In this document: positions 14,168-27,834 of the stretch, piece by piece
How positions within the stretch are numbered: the first letter of the stretch is position 1
Layout: every line of letters starts with the position of its first letter
Assembly (NCBI RefSeq): GCF_006345805.1
Contig: NC_043005.1
Coordinates: 104,842,001 to 104,906,000, forward strand
Origin: Octopus sinensis
Lineage: Eukaryota
Length of the DNA: 64,000 bases
Direction of reading: 5' to 3'
Notes under the pieces: generated by a model
The model's database searches: none
What the model saw: the letters and a program-made list of their open reading frames with translations, nothing else
Told to the model about the DNA's origin: nothing
Position numbers and translations under genes: made by a program

Positions 14168-14927
14168 TTATTATGCTTTCCTAAAAACTTGATTTCGAAA
14201 CGTACGTCCGTAGATAACTTTAAATTGTATGATAGATTGCCGTCAATCCATTCTCTCTTACCTGTTTGTGTCTGCCTTCCAATTGCTGTTTTTACTGAGA
14301 TCTCCCTTTTTAGTAGAAGAAATAGCTATAACTCTTTGACTGCTATTTCTAAATTCGGTATGTGGTAAGGCAATTCGTTGCTAAACCCTTTATTGCTTAG
14401 TATTACTTAAATTTTCCTCGAATGAGGCTTTTACATGCCGAAGACTACTTGGTGTAATTGATAATTATTCCAAATTAATTAATTTCACCCTTCATTATTA
14501 CGGATAACCATATTTTATCTCAGTAGATGACCACAGCATCTTGTTTTGGCTACACGCGGGTGGGAAGGGGCTGGTGACACAATCTTTTCATTCACGCATT
14601 GAATTTGGTGATACTAGTTGCGGATTCTAGCTCGCTCTGATACTGAGTTGAGTTGGTGCCTTCTAGTATCTCAAAATTCAATATATAATCATTTATGATT
14701 ATAGTATTCTACGCTGAAGAGAAAAGAAGTTTTTGGTAAGATAGAATTATTTAATATTTAATTCTTATGCTTTCCTAAAAACTTGATTTCGAAACGTACG
14801 TCCGTAGATAACTTAAAATTGTATGATAGATTGCCGTCAATCCATTTTCTCTTACCTGTTTGTGTCTGCCTTCCAATTGCTGTTTTTACTGAGATCTCCC
14901 TTTTTAGTAGAAGAAATAGCTATAACT
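14168..14927 (+). mobile_element. Tandem 594-nt hammerhead-bearing unit (1.28 copies); retrozyme-like or PLE terminal-repeat-like
   Basis: 14168-~14333 recurs at ~14762-14927. GAAACGTACGTC occurs at 14197-14208 and 14791-14802, so the cleavage sites are 594 nt apart. Homologous to 54895-56247. Confidence 0.85.
14709..14807 (+). ncRNA. Type I hammerhead ribozyme with complete core and long stem II
   Basis: Stem I ctacg/cgtag; CTGAAGA 14714-14720; long imperfect stem II (gaaa..aagttttt.gg..gaatta / taattc..cc.aaaaactt..tttc); GAAA 14791-14794; palindromic stem III ACGTACGT; GUC cleavage after 14802. Confidence 0.85.
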
Positions 14928-15343
<416 letters not shown>

Positions 15344-15792
15344 CAGGTGGTTTTTAAAAAATATTTCACAACTCCGGGAGAAATTAAACCACAAAAGCAA
15401 TAGAAACACTAGCAAAAATAACAGTAAATAATGGCAAAAGAACAAAAACTGAAGAAGGTGTTAAGTTTGTGGTGGTTATTGATACGGAAATATTTACCAT
15501 GTTCAGTGAATGGCAATTAAAAATATTTTGGTTTCCAAAAACTCCGTTTGTGACTTGAATGTTGCTTATAAATGAACACGGTTTGGAGGGGAAGTTATAG
15601 AAATTAATTCTGGACAATTCTTATTAACTGAAATATTTTTTTAGAAGATTATTTGTGCCGTTCTTCTTATAATTAGAGACAAATTCTTGGAGTCATTTTT
15701 TTAATATTGATTTTATTTCTATTCTTGTTGTTTTAGCAGAATAACGAAAAGATAGAAAGACAGCTGTTCACACGATGGTTAAAAAAACAAGA

Positions 15793-16200
15793 GGCGCAGG
15801 AGTGGCTGTGTGGTAAGTAGCTTGCTAAACAACCACATGGTTCCGGGTTCAGTCCCACTGCGTGGCATCTTGGGCAAGTGTCTTCTGCTATAGCCCCGGG
15901 CCGACCAATGCCTTGTGAGTGGATTTGGTAGACGGAAACTGAAAGAAGCCTGTCATATATATGTATATATATATATATATGTATGTTTTTGTTTGTGTGT
16001 GTATGTTTGTCCCCCTAGCATTGCTTGACAACTGATGCTGGTGTGTTTACGTCCCCGTCACTTAGCGGTTCGGCAAAAGAGACCGATAGAATAAGTACTG
16101 GGCTTACAAAGAATAAGTCCCGGGGTCGATTTGCTCGATTAGAGGCGGTGCTCCAGCATGGCCGCAGTCAAATGACTGAAACAAGTAAAAGAGTAAAAGA
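15793..16200 (+). mobile_element. Full-length tRNA-derived SINE family A with internal (TA)/(TG) microsatellite
   Basis: ggcgcaggagtggctgtgtggtaag (A box)...gggttcagtccc (B-box-like)...ttgggcaagtgtctt...ggcggtgctccagcatggccgcagtc...aaagagtaaaagag tail. Probably one of the octopus OK/OR1/OR2 SINE families, but I cannot assign it. Confidence 0.92.
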
Positions 16201-18184
16201 GAGAGAGAGAGAGAAAGTGAGCTGGAAGCCAGGAGGAGAAATTAGGCAGGGATATAACCATCAAAGACGAATAGTCAACAGGAAGGTATCTCGGTTCAGT
16301 GTCGAAACGCCCAGTGAAAGTGGGACACTATCTTATGACATCAACTCCTGGGAGAGGCTGTATTCATCAAAGGTAAATGGAGGAGAAACGCTTTTAGGTG
16401 GAATCATTCTTTTAATTCTGACACTTTGCTTTTTTCTACGTTCACTCACGGCCATCACCATATCTGCCTAAGTTGTGGAGAGAAATAGCAACGACTGATA
16501 ACTATCAAGATTTTCCACGAATTAAAGCTTTAGACACATTTTAGTCTTAACTTTATATACAACGCATTAAAGCAACACGGTTCTCAAAATTCGAAAGGAA
16601 TACTGCACAGCATCCCGTCGAGGCTCCACTGCTTCTGTCGTTTCGTCATTCTAAAGTGGTACTTTATTTGCTGACCTCGAAAGGATGCAAATCAAAATGG
16701 ATTACGTCCGAGAGTCACTTTTAAAAAGGGGCCAAGTTGAAGATGTCAGTAGAGACCGGCATTGAAATCAGTTGACGTTAAACGAGTTGCTAACAGATGA
16801 GGTGTATGTATACTTGAGGATTACTGGGGGTGGGTGGGTGGGTGAGAGACAGATTCAACACGCTCGAAGAAAGGAACTAATCCAAAAGGAGTATATCTGG
16901 TGGACCATGTTGAGCTTTAAAAGTGAACTCAATTTGAAAAATAAAATGAAAGCAAATAACAAAAAGCGATCTCAGTGGCAAGCTGACAACTTGAATGTGG
17001 AGTCCTAGAATATAGAAGAGAGGAAACCACACAAGAGAAGAGAACCTAACTGCTGACAAAGTTTAGAAAGAAAGGTGGTAGAAGCGGCTTTATGTAACTT
17101 GAGGTGAATTGTAAAGCCGGTACGGTTGGACCGTTGATACCAACTCAGATCCTCTACTACAAGAAATTGTGAAACACAGCAAAAACTGAACTTTGTACAT
17201 ATGAAAAGAAAAAATAAGGGCACAGAAATATAAACTCTACACACAAATCACACAAGTGCTAAATGTGCGTACACAGAAGAGAATTCCCATAATGATTAAC
17301 TATGACATATTGCGATAAAAAGCAAGCAAAACCTGGCTGCAAGGTCGACAGCTGAAGACGAAACTAAAGGCCTATAATTTCGTCTCGAAACTAGGTCTTC
17401 AAAACTAAGTTCTTTCGAATTCGATCGCACACTGCAGCACTCTTAGGACAGTATTTTAATTTTAACCTGTAGTGGTTCAAACTTTTCGTGATGAAATCAG
17501 GTCTGCAAAACCTGTTTGGAAGTTTTGGCAAAGAGGCAGTTCGTGTCGTATGGTGGTAGACTGAATCCCCGACTAGCTATCTGGTCCATGGGTACATTTA
17601 ACGGAGTCTACTTTGATCCTAGCATCCGGTGCAATGATACGGAATAATGTATCACGGAATTGCCAGGGCATTCTTCTATAGGTAAAGCCCAGATAAGACT
17701 GATTTTGTGGAATTAATATTATCTCCGTGAAATACTACCTGTAAAGAAAATAAAGGCTCCCAAACATATCTACCTTACTTAAGAGCTGAAGAAATTATGA
17801 TTCTCTTAGATTTTCAAACAAATATCTACTTAAATAAATAAATAAATAAACAGTTACATAGGGAAGATTAAAAAATACATACAAACAAAAAAGAAAAAAT
17901 AGACAATTTCACAATATTGTTAGATTAACGGTCAAGCGAAGGGAAACAGTTATGGTTATATCGTCAGACGAAAAAGCGAAGAAAAGACCAGGAAAAAATG
18001 GAAAGGGAACGAAGAAAAAGAAAAGGGACAAAATTCCCTGCAAGAAAATTCCCCTGGTGTTGATTTGTATTCAGCCAATTCCTTCAATCATTGAAGAAAC
18101 CTCACATCTTGGTTTGCATCATTATTAGGTAAAGAATAATTAATGAAGATTTCAAATGATAGTACGGTGCCAGCAGTTTTTGAG

Positions 18185-18312
18185 GGGAGGGGAAATCAAT
18201 TACATTGACACCAGTACTTGACTGGTACTCATTTTATCGACCCTGAAAGGATGAAAGACAAAAATGAGACGAAATGCCGCTAAGCATTTTGTCCGGCGTG
18301 CTGATGGTTCTG
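18185..18312 (-). mobile_element. Partial SINE family B
   Basis: ccagtacttgactggtactcattttatcgaccctgaaaggatgaaag...gctaagcattttgtccggcgtgctga. Confidence 0.75.
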
Positions 18313-20410
18313 TCAGGTCAGTGCCTTTCCTATACTTTATACAACTGGGTTACCATTTTGGATTATGTCAGATCTTTACCGTTTATGGTGTGTGTGCGTG
18401 CGTGTGTTTATTTACAGTTCTGTTTCAGATATATCTATTTGTATATGTTTGGTTATATGTGTCTTTCTATAGTTAACAGCTTCAATTGACTAGCTCTATA
18501 TACAGCACACCTCCAACCAATTTGGTTCGCAACTTTTCGTTAATGTTAACATGATTCTTTATCAAAATATACGGTTCTTAATGAGCGAGTCCACCCAACT
18601 GTAAACAGGTACCACAAACTGTTATAATTCATAAATAATTAAATAATTAAATAAATAAGAGCAGCATCTGTATCAGCCTAAGAATGAGTCTCTACCTGAT
18701 GAGTGGACCCGTTAAGAATTGTAGACGAATCCCCCTCAAATCGCATTCTAACGTCATAGAAAAAGAGGCCCATATTGCATATTGGCAATATCCTAGAGAG
18801 GATATGCTGGAATGAAGAATGAGTAGGATACAGCTGGGTCGGTGGATCGGGGTTAAACAACATTAACAATAACAAGAAAATCAACCAGTGATTTGTTTTC
18901 GTTTACTCTTTGTAGGCAATTACCGGAATTGGTTTCTAGATATTCATAAACTCAGTCTCTAAAATGAGAGTGAGCTTTCAACAAACCCAGGACCATGGGC
19001 AGATTTGGAATTCTAGCATCGTCAAGTATCAGAGGAAAGCCTTGAACTTCACAAAACCCTTTTTATTTATTCATTTATTAATATTCTGTTATCGTCCTCA
19101 AAAATCGATCTATTGATGACTTCCACTGATTACAAATAATTCTACAGAAAAATACAGACATTTGATGTTTAATATTTTACGTATCTCCGTGGAATAAATA
19201 AATGGATAATTTATTGGTTTTATCAGTTTATCTCTAAACAATATTTCACAGTCTCTAATTTAACCCTAATTCAATCTAAACATTATTGTAATTTTTTTAT
19301 TATTTTACTTGACGAAATGTTATCCACAGATTTATAGTATTTCCAGTTGTTAGTTAAACGCTGTCGCATAAACTGGTCGTGTATAATAAAACACTTCAAG
19401 TTATTTCTACTATTAATAAGCTTCATCCAAGCTCCAATACTTCAGGTAGATCTGGCATAAGCAATTCATTTTAAATTCTGTGACGCAAAAACTAACTAAA
19501 TAAATAAAAGTCATTATACTCGAATGTATTGTATCTTTGAAGAGTAAAATAAATGATTGGTTTTGTGCATAAGCCAGAAAAAAAGCAACATTAATATTTG
19601 ATGACAAGCAGCAAGTTCTTTGAAAATTCAACACTTCGAGTTTTTGCTTTGATTCTGATCCAAATTTCATAGGAAAAACTACTTGTTTATTTATATATAT
19701 ATATCTATTCAGTCAGTTTTCCTCTTTAGAAATCTACTCATCAAAATTTTGACATCAGCAATCTGTTATTCTGAATATAATCTATAACACGACAGGCTAT
19801 TATTCTTTTATTCTGAATATAATATACAACACGCCATTCTGTTTAATGCAAAAGGTTTCAGGATCAAGTCCGGTTATGTTTCTTACATACGAATCATGTA
19901 AGAAGTGAGTTTCGTACATAGGCAGAAGAGAACATAATTGCTATCAGTTTAATAGCAGAATGCTTAATGCTTATATTGACTTTTAAAATTTGAAGGTTCA
20001 ATATAGGTTGACCTCGGTGAGATTTCAATTCAGAGTCGAACGGAGACAAAATAAACAACGTAATTCATTTTAATGTTTCGGTCAACTAGAGCCACTTGAA
20101 TTATCTTACAATTAAGATGATTTCACTTCTCTCTCTCCCTCCCTCTCTCTCCCCCTTCTCTCTCTCTCTCTCAGGCATATACTTTCACAAACTTATTTGC
20201 ATACATGGTGTTATATGGTACACACACACAAACACACATACATACATGCACAGACTTATATACACACTATTTTAGCATATGTATGCCAAAAAGAAAAAGG
20301 TATTTATATATTTCTCACATATATAAGTATATCTGAAATATTAGCAATTATTGGTATACATGGGGATAGTAGAGTCCGTTAGTTTTGCAAAGTTGGGAGA
20401 AAGTCAGTGC

Positions 20411-20444
<34 letters not shown>

Positions 20445-20689
20445 CGATGATGATGATGACGATGATGATGATGACGATGATGATGATGACGATGATGATG
20501 ATGATGAGGAGGAGGAGGAGGAGGAAGAGGAAGAGGAGGAGAGGAGGAGGAGGAGGAGGAGGAGGAAGAGGAAGAGGAGGAGGAGGAGGAGGAGGAAGAG
20601 GAGGAAGAGGAGGAAGAGGAGGAAGAGGAGGAAGAGGAGGAGGAGGAGGAGGAGGAGGAAGAGGAGGAAGAGGAGGAAGAAGAGGAGGT
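20411..20689. repeat. Compound (GAT/GAC)n then (GAG/GAA)n trinucleotide tract
   Basis: Direct inspection. Source of the poly-D/E/R/S ORFs. Confidence 0.95.
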
Positions 20690-21250
20690 TAATGAAAAGT
20701 ACTTTCGAAAATGTCTGCCAAGTCCAGCCCTAGATATGCCAACTTGACCACTGAATTGACATTTTAAAACTTCTTGTGTGGATGCTGCAAGCGAATTTCT
20801 TTTGGAGAAACAAATTCCTTTGGGTAGTTTTTTCATGTGGGTCTAAGGAAGGCTTTGCACTTCGCAGTTTAATGACAAATGTTGAGCCCATAGAATTTCT
20901 AGCTGCTTCCCTGGTGACAGAATTGATGTTCATATTTTCATATTATACTTGCACACATTATTGAATCGCAGTGCCTTTTGTCTTTCGACACAGATGCCAA
21001 TTCCCGATATAGCAGATATCTTCGAATATGACCATTATCAATACGACGGACATGTTCAAATCACCAAACTTTCGTTGGCGCTTGAAACTGAACATGGCAT
21101 GGATATCTCACTGTTCTAGAAAATCAGTAAGAGGCTTTTCCATATTCTGGAGAATATGTCAGTATTGCAGATCCGGGCCTGCATATGATGCCTAACATTC
21201 TGTGCAGACACTTTATTTTAAACATATAATGTATGTGTCCTTTTGAAAGG
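20690..21250 (-). mobile_element. Possible heavily decayed RLE-type non-LTR retrotransposon fragment
   Basis: Only the minus-strand peptide GQVGISRAGLG, which resembles the G.V..GRAGLG motif of Hero/NeSL-like elements. No other motif recognised. Confidence 0.3.
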
Positions 21251-21494
21251 AATATAATCCACAATTCACTGTCATATAAAAGCTATTAGGACTTAAATGT
21301 TTGGACTGGCTAAATTTTCTTCACTACTTATTCTATATTTTCATACATTTAGCAAATCTTGAGGCAGTAGTATCTTCCATGTGCTGCTCTTGCACCACAC
21401 ATTCGATTTATCTACAAATGGTATCTACTTCCATTCAGTCTCATAGCAAACTCCTCAGTAGAGACAGACTAAAGTTCAGATCGAAGGTAAGTTA

Positions 21495-21727
21495 CCTATT
21501 TCTTTACTACCCACAAGGGGCTAAACACAGAGAGGACAAACAAGGACAGATAAACGGATTAAGTCGATTATATCGATCCCAGTGCGTAACTGGTACTTAA
21601 TTTATCGACCCCGAAAGGATGAAAGGCAAAGTCGACCTCGGCGGAATTTGAACTCAGAACGTAACGGCAGACGAAATACGGCTACGCATTACGCCCGGCG
21701 TGCTAATGTTTCTGCCAGCTCGCCGCC
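21495..21727 (-). mobile_element. Full-length SINE family B with 15-bp TSD
   Basis: Flanked by cgaaggtaagttacc (21482-21496) and cgaaggtatgttacc (21727-21741), one mismatch. Confidence 0.95.
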
Positions 21728-22204
21728 GAAGGTATGTTACCATCAAACATGCTATTTGCTGACGGTACGACTGTCTTTTCAGACTCTTTAGGAGGCTTAC
21801 AAAACCTTAAGAACAGATTTTCGGGACCTTGTGACTTATTTGATCTCACATACTGTCTCAAAAATATAAATGTAAAGGGCTGGACGTAGATAATGAGCTT
21901 CAGTTCCTTGGTTCTACATGACTTATGAAGTGTGCTGGCATAAATAGCAAGAGGCTTGACTATATTGATCTTTAAGTAGGAGGACTTGGAAGTTTATGAT
22001 ATGTTTTCAAGGAGGACATGACTGACTCAGCTGACGTTGAATATTTTCAAAATATTATTGGGAAGTGAATCACGAACTAGTTTCATTCAGTAATTACTGT
22101 GTCAAAAACTAGATATCAGGGTCAAAGGAAGTGCAATATTTGTAGGTAAAATGTGTAGAAAATAAAATGGGGGTCAAGGCAAAGGCATTCCTGTGATTTT
22201 AAAA

Positions 22205-22545
22205 ATCGAGTGGTTTTGGGTTCGGTCCCACTGCGCGGCACGTTGAGGAAATGTCTTTTGCTGGGTTGACCAATGCTTTGAGTGAAATTGGTAGACGGAA
22301 ACTGCATAGGAGCCCGTCGTATGTATATATTTCTATATGTGTGTGACTTTCAGTTTGTGCTCCTTATCACTTGACAACAGGTGTTGGTCTGTTTAAACCC
22401 CTGTAGGTTAGCGGTTGGGTAAAAGAAACTAATATCATAAATACTAATCTTAAAAATAGGTACTGGGATCATTCTGTTCGACTAAACCCCTCAAGGCAGT
22501 GCCTCAGGGTAGCTGCAGTTCAATGACTGAAACAAGAAAACGGTA
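22205..22545 (+). mobile_element. Diverged SINE family A
   Basis: gggttcggtcccactgcgcggcacgttg...gtagacggaaactg...gttcgactaaacccctcaaggcagtgcc...aatgactgaaacaag. Confidence 0.8.
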
Positions 22546-22689
22546 ATAGATGTGAAGTGCATTAAAAAAGGGTCAGATGAATTGTTTCTAAGGTTGCTAA
22601 GGTTGAGGAACGGATAAATTTCCAACGAGTTAGGTGACTACTGCAAAAAAAAAAATGTAGCTTGATCTCTATGCCATTATTTCCAGACA

Positions 22690-22897
22690 TTGTATATTCC
22701 ATGTTGGGCCCTTGAACAAAAAACTTTATTTCACGTTTCTCCAGTCTGCCCAGCTGACAAAAATGAGTAGTACCAGTATTTCAACGGGACGCGGGTTTGT
22801 GAAGTGCTCAGCCACTTATAAGATTATTTCCACGAGCAGGCTGTTTGTTGATCGAATTAACTGGAACCCTTATCGTCGTAACCGACGGAGGACCAGA
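22690..22897 (+). mobile_element. Third SINE-like family (C), partial; related fragment on the minus strand at ~32720-32875
   Basis: actttatttcacgtttctccagtc...aaaatgagtagtacc...cacgagcaggctg...cgtaaccgacgga. The string ctttatttcacgtt is shared with the reverse complement near 32760. Confidence 0.6.
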
Positions 22898-23615
22898 TCT
22901 TTCCTCTAATATTCAGAACACGTTTCGTCTCATAATATCTCTCAAAAAATATTTGGCATAAAGTAGGATTATGGCTTCAGTTATCGTAGAAAACATGCAA
23001 CTTATTGTATTAATGGAGAAAACTGAGGCGTCATTTCTTTGAGTCAGAGTTTTGAAGTTTCTCATGAACTTATAACGACTTCGCTACTCCAGGTAGATGG
23101 TACGGAGGAAACACAATCAGAATAGTTTAAATAAAATGGAAATTACTTCTCCTTCTCATCGAAAACTGGGATATATTGGCCTCATCTAATTTATTCGGAT
23201 TCTATATATGTTATTATACTCATTATTTATTTATGCGTTAGTCATTACTAAAAGAATGATGTCGTGTTAATGTTGATTTGTCATAGAAATGACATTAATA
23301 TTTAATTATTCTGGTATTTCCGTATAAAACAATTACAGACATGAATAGCATTGTGCGTATGTATGTATATATACATATGTGTGTGTGTGTGTGTGTGTAT
23401 GTATGGTGTGTACTTATGTGTGCGAGTTATGATAAATATGGTAATATGTTAAATGTACGCATACAATTATATCTTCTTTACATCCACCCTTCTTTCTCTC
23501 ACATATACATACAATAATATATAAGTATATATGACACCAACCAAACATATACATCTAGACAAAACATATCTGTATGTATGTATATAATATATATATATAT
23601 ATAATATATATATAT

Positions 23616-23662
<47 letters not shown>

Positions 23663-23715
23663 CATACATACATATATATATATATGTGTGTGTGTATATA
23701 TATAAAAAATATATA

Positions 23716-23758
<43 letters not shown>

Positions 23759-23837
23759 CACACACACATATATATATATATATATAGTTTTTGTGTCTGG
23801 TTTACAAGATTCTTTATGCGAATTCGTATGTTGAAAC

Positions 23838-23868
<31 letters not shown>

Positions 23869-23911
23869 ATATATAATAATATATATATACACATACATAC
23901 ATACATATATA

Positions 23912-23944
<33 letters not shown>

Positions 23945-24256
23945 GATTTTGTATCTGGCTTGCAAGATTCTTTATGCCAATTCGTATGTTGAAACAAATT
24001 TGTAAATGTATATACCGTTTGTGTGTGTGTGTGTGTGTGCAAGTACAAGTATATATGAGTGTGTATATGTTCATTCGTTAGTTTAAAGAAATTTTTAGAA
24101 TGACAACAAAATATTTACTGGTTGGAAGACACAATATTATAAGTAAAATAAAAAAATTATGGCAATGTTCGTTTTCACTGAAACAATTTTCTCCTGACGG
24201 TTTATTCAAACAACCTGACTGAGGTGAAATTTAAAGTCTCAGTCAGAACGAATTGT

Positions 24257-24845
24257 ACGTATGTATGTATGTATGTATGTATGTATGTATGTATGTATGT
24301 ATGTATGTATGTATGTATGTATGTATGTATGTGTGTGTGTGTGTGTATGTATGTAAGTATGTATATAAGTATGTATGTATGTATGCATGTATGTATGTAA
24401 GTATGTATGCATGCATGTATGTATGTACGTACGTACTTATGCATGTATGTATGTATGTATGTATGTATGTACGTACGTACGTAGTACGTATGTATGTATG
24501 TATGCATGCATGTATGTTTGTACGTATGTATGTATGTATGTACGTACGTACGTATGTATGTATGTATGTACGTACGTACGTATGTATGTATGTATACATG
24601 CATGTATGTATGTATGTATGTATGCATGCATGTATGTATGTACGTACGTACGTACTTATGTATGTATGTATGTATGTATATAAGCATGTATGTATGTATG
24701 CATGTACGTATGTAAGTATGTATCCATGCATGTATGTATGTACGTACGTACTTATGTATGTATGTATGTATGTATGTATGTATGTATGTATGCATGCCTG
24801 TATGTATGTATGTATGTATGTATGTATGTATGTATGTATGTATAT
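24257..24845. repeat. (TATG)n/(TACG)n compound tetranucleotide array
   Basis: Direct inspection. Similar arrays at ~29465-29555, 29890-29995, 30225-30305 and 44660-45030. Confidence 0.97.
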
Positions 24846-24934
24846 ATGCATACATACAAACATACATATATACATATGCATCAATGCTGTCCCAGGCTTC
24901 CTTTTCAGTCAGGAAAGCATCTCCCTCGATCTGC

Positions 24935-25095
24935 AGCCAATTTCGCTTTTCGACTGACGTAAGTTGGTACTGAACTTATCGACCCTGTAAGACAACAGGT
25001 AAAGTCGATGGTAGCGGGTTTTGAACTCAAGGCACAACGATTCAGCGCAAATACCGGGAAGCAATCTATCCAACGCTGTAACGACTGTGCTGCTA
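24935..25095 (-). mobile_element. Diverged SINE family B
   Basis: ttggtactgaacttatcgaccctgtaag...aaagtcga...tttgaactca. Confidence 0.6.
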
Positions 25096-25493
25096 GATGG
25101 CAGGCTTTAAGATTCTATAAAGTTACCAATAAAATTCGGTCTTGCAGAAAGATATAATCCTGTAATGAAAAGAAATGTGACTGAAGAGAGGAAAGAGGAA
25201 AGATGCCGACAAAAGCATGATTTACAAAACAGAAATAATGTTTCATTGTACATATTATAATCAGAAGATGTATTTTTTTTTCTCTAAGTGAACTGCGGCT
25301 TTTATAAATGATATATTTCCTCTTTTTGTCCTAATCAAGAAACATCTTACATAGTTTTCGTGAAGCTAAACAAAAAGCAGGTAACAAAATAATGCCTTGA
25401 AAATAAAGACATCAGTAAAACCACTCTGTATATAAGTTATTGAAACGGTAGGTAATCCTATATGATTATACATACATACATGCATACATGCAA

Positions 25494-25545
<52 letters not shown>

Positions 25546-25669
25546 GCAGACATACAAACACATGTAGATAGATAGATAAATAGATAGATACATACATAAA
25601 ATTATATATATATATGCATGTAGTTATACATGTGTTCACATATATATATACATATAAATACACACACAC

Positions 25670-25700
<31 letters not shown>

Positions 25701-26379
25701 TGTATACATATATATATATATATGTTTACACGCGCACAGTAAAATCACTCTGTATATAAGTTATTGAAACGGTAGGTAATCCAATACGATTATGCATACA
25801 TACATGCATACATGCATGCATGCATGCATACATACATATATACATGCATACCCAATCACAAACACACACACACAGAGGCAAACATACACACACATGTAGA
25901 TAGAGATAGATAGATAAATATATATATATATATAATATATATATATATATATTATATATAATATATACATACATAAAATTATATATATATTTTATATCTA
26001 TTATATATATATATATATATGCATGTATTTCTACATCTATATAGATATATATATATACATATAAACACACAAACACATATGTATGTATGTCTATATCTGC
26101 TTACACGCGCACACATCCATTCATTTATTCTTATATCTCTACATAATATTTCTCATCCCCACCCTCGCTGCCATCCCATATTTCGCCAATGGCTGGCTAT
26201 TTATTGTGTAATCACTTACATATTTCTTTGCATTCGTCTTTTATAGTCTCACCGTCGTCGTCTCCTCACATCTTCCCCCAAATACTTTGTATTATACCAT
26301 ATAATGCTGCTCTTCTCAAACAGAGCTACCATTGCCTTCACAAATATCCTGAGGCGGAGACCATTATTCTTCGAAAAGG

Positions 26380-26457
26380 CGAGGCAATATATATATATAC
26401 ATAGATAGATATATCATATATATATATTATTATATATATATAACTATCTATCTATCA

Positions 26458-26494
<37 letters not shown>

Positions 26495-26501
26495 AATATA
26501 T

Positions 26502-26549
<48 letters not shown>

Positions 26550-26555
26550 ACATAC

Positions 26556-26588
<33 letters not shown>

Positions 26589-26734
26589 ATACATATATAT
26601 ATACACATATATTATATACATGTATATACATATATATACACATATATATATATACATGTATATACATATTATATACATATATATAAGTATATATTCATAT
26701 ATATATATATATTGTATTAATATATATATATATA

Positions 26735-26768
<34 letters not shown>

Positions 26769-26811
26769 CATATATCTATACATGTATATATATACGTACA
26801 TACATATAAAT

Positions 26812-26850
<39 letters not shown>
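26380..26850. repeat. Imperfect (TA)n array
   Basis: Direct inspection. Comparable arrays at 23580-23945, 36190-36481, 40430-40865, 41360-41630, 46320-46510 and 54765-54894. Confidence 0.97.
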
Positions 26851-26854
<4 letters not shown>

Positions 26855-27834
26855 CGTGTGAGTGTGGGTTTGTATATATGTATGTATATATGTATGTATG
26901 TATACATATAAAACATAAAGACTGGAGCAAAAAGAACAAAAGAAAATGGACACTACTATGATTTTCGAATACCCCACAATAACTGAAGTAACAACAACAA
27001 CAACAAAACAGCAGACCAGCAGCAACAACAACACTGACAACGACAACGACAACAACAACTATCACCATATTAATTAGAAACGTAAGAAGAGCGTCAGCGA
27101 CAAGAGGAATAGGACCTCAGTCGTGTGTGGTTTTTGTCATTCTTTTGTCTGACGCTAATTTCAGAAATATTTTATCTTTGCTTGTTTCTACCTGACTATT
27201 TTGCAAGAGTTCCATCCCCCTTCATCTTTATTAAAAATGTATTCCGTTTCGACGACAGTGATAGCGTGTGTTCGATTTTATGGGTTTCGGCAAGAACCGC
27301 GGTGTCTCCCAAGTAATCAACTATATGCAATACATATTTATTGTGACGTAAATGTGTTGTAATTTATCACAGAGCGAACAACAGTTTTGCTTGTTTTGGC
27401 TCTTTCTGTTTGTTACTGCTGTTGGTGGTAGTGACGTTGGTGGTGGCCATGGTATTAGCGTTGGTGGTGGCGATGGTAATAGTGATGGTAGTGAATGATA
27501 GTGCTGTTAATCGTATTTGCTGCAACGTTCTAGCTGGCGTTATTTTGTGAATTATAGTTCATATCAGGATAACTATGAAAATATATGAAAAAAAGAAAAA
27601 GAAAATGGAAAAACGAACGAATGAACATATCTCTGATGTTTATATTGTATATATATATATAATATATATATATATATTTGTGTGTGTGTACATCTAGGCT
27701 TATATATTGAGAGATATACACAAATATGTCATGTATGGACATATATACTATTACTGACACAAACTTATTGCTACTTATCCATATGTAAGGAATCAGAAAT
27801 ATATCCATCACCAAAGCAGATCTGCAGTTTGTCT

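Noticed and set aside
17352-17397. CTGAAGA...GAAACTAGGTC hammerhead-like motif
   Set aside because: Stem II pairs only by consuming core G8/A9, stem III has an extra G, and stem I does not pair. At best a relic.
17466-17741. Minus-strand exon-like block with a strong acceptor (tttattttctttacag)
   Set aside because: Stops in all three frames; might be a non-coding exon but unsupported.
18690-18735. CTGATGAG followed by GAAT
   Set aside because: No GAAA and no compatible stems.
20407-20733. Poly-D/E/R acidic-basic ORF
   Set aside because: Trinucleotide microsatellite with no flanking coding evidence.
20994-21126. Plus-strand exon candidate MPIPDIADIFEY...
   Set aside because: The frame closes before the donor, the other frames are stopped, and it overlaps a possible antisense LINE relic.
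24202-24957. Long YVCM/HTYI ORFs (also at 40.3-41.0 kb, 44.3-45.1 kb and elsewhere)
   Set aside because: (TATG)n and (TA)n lack stops in most frames.
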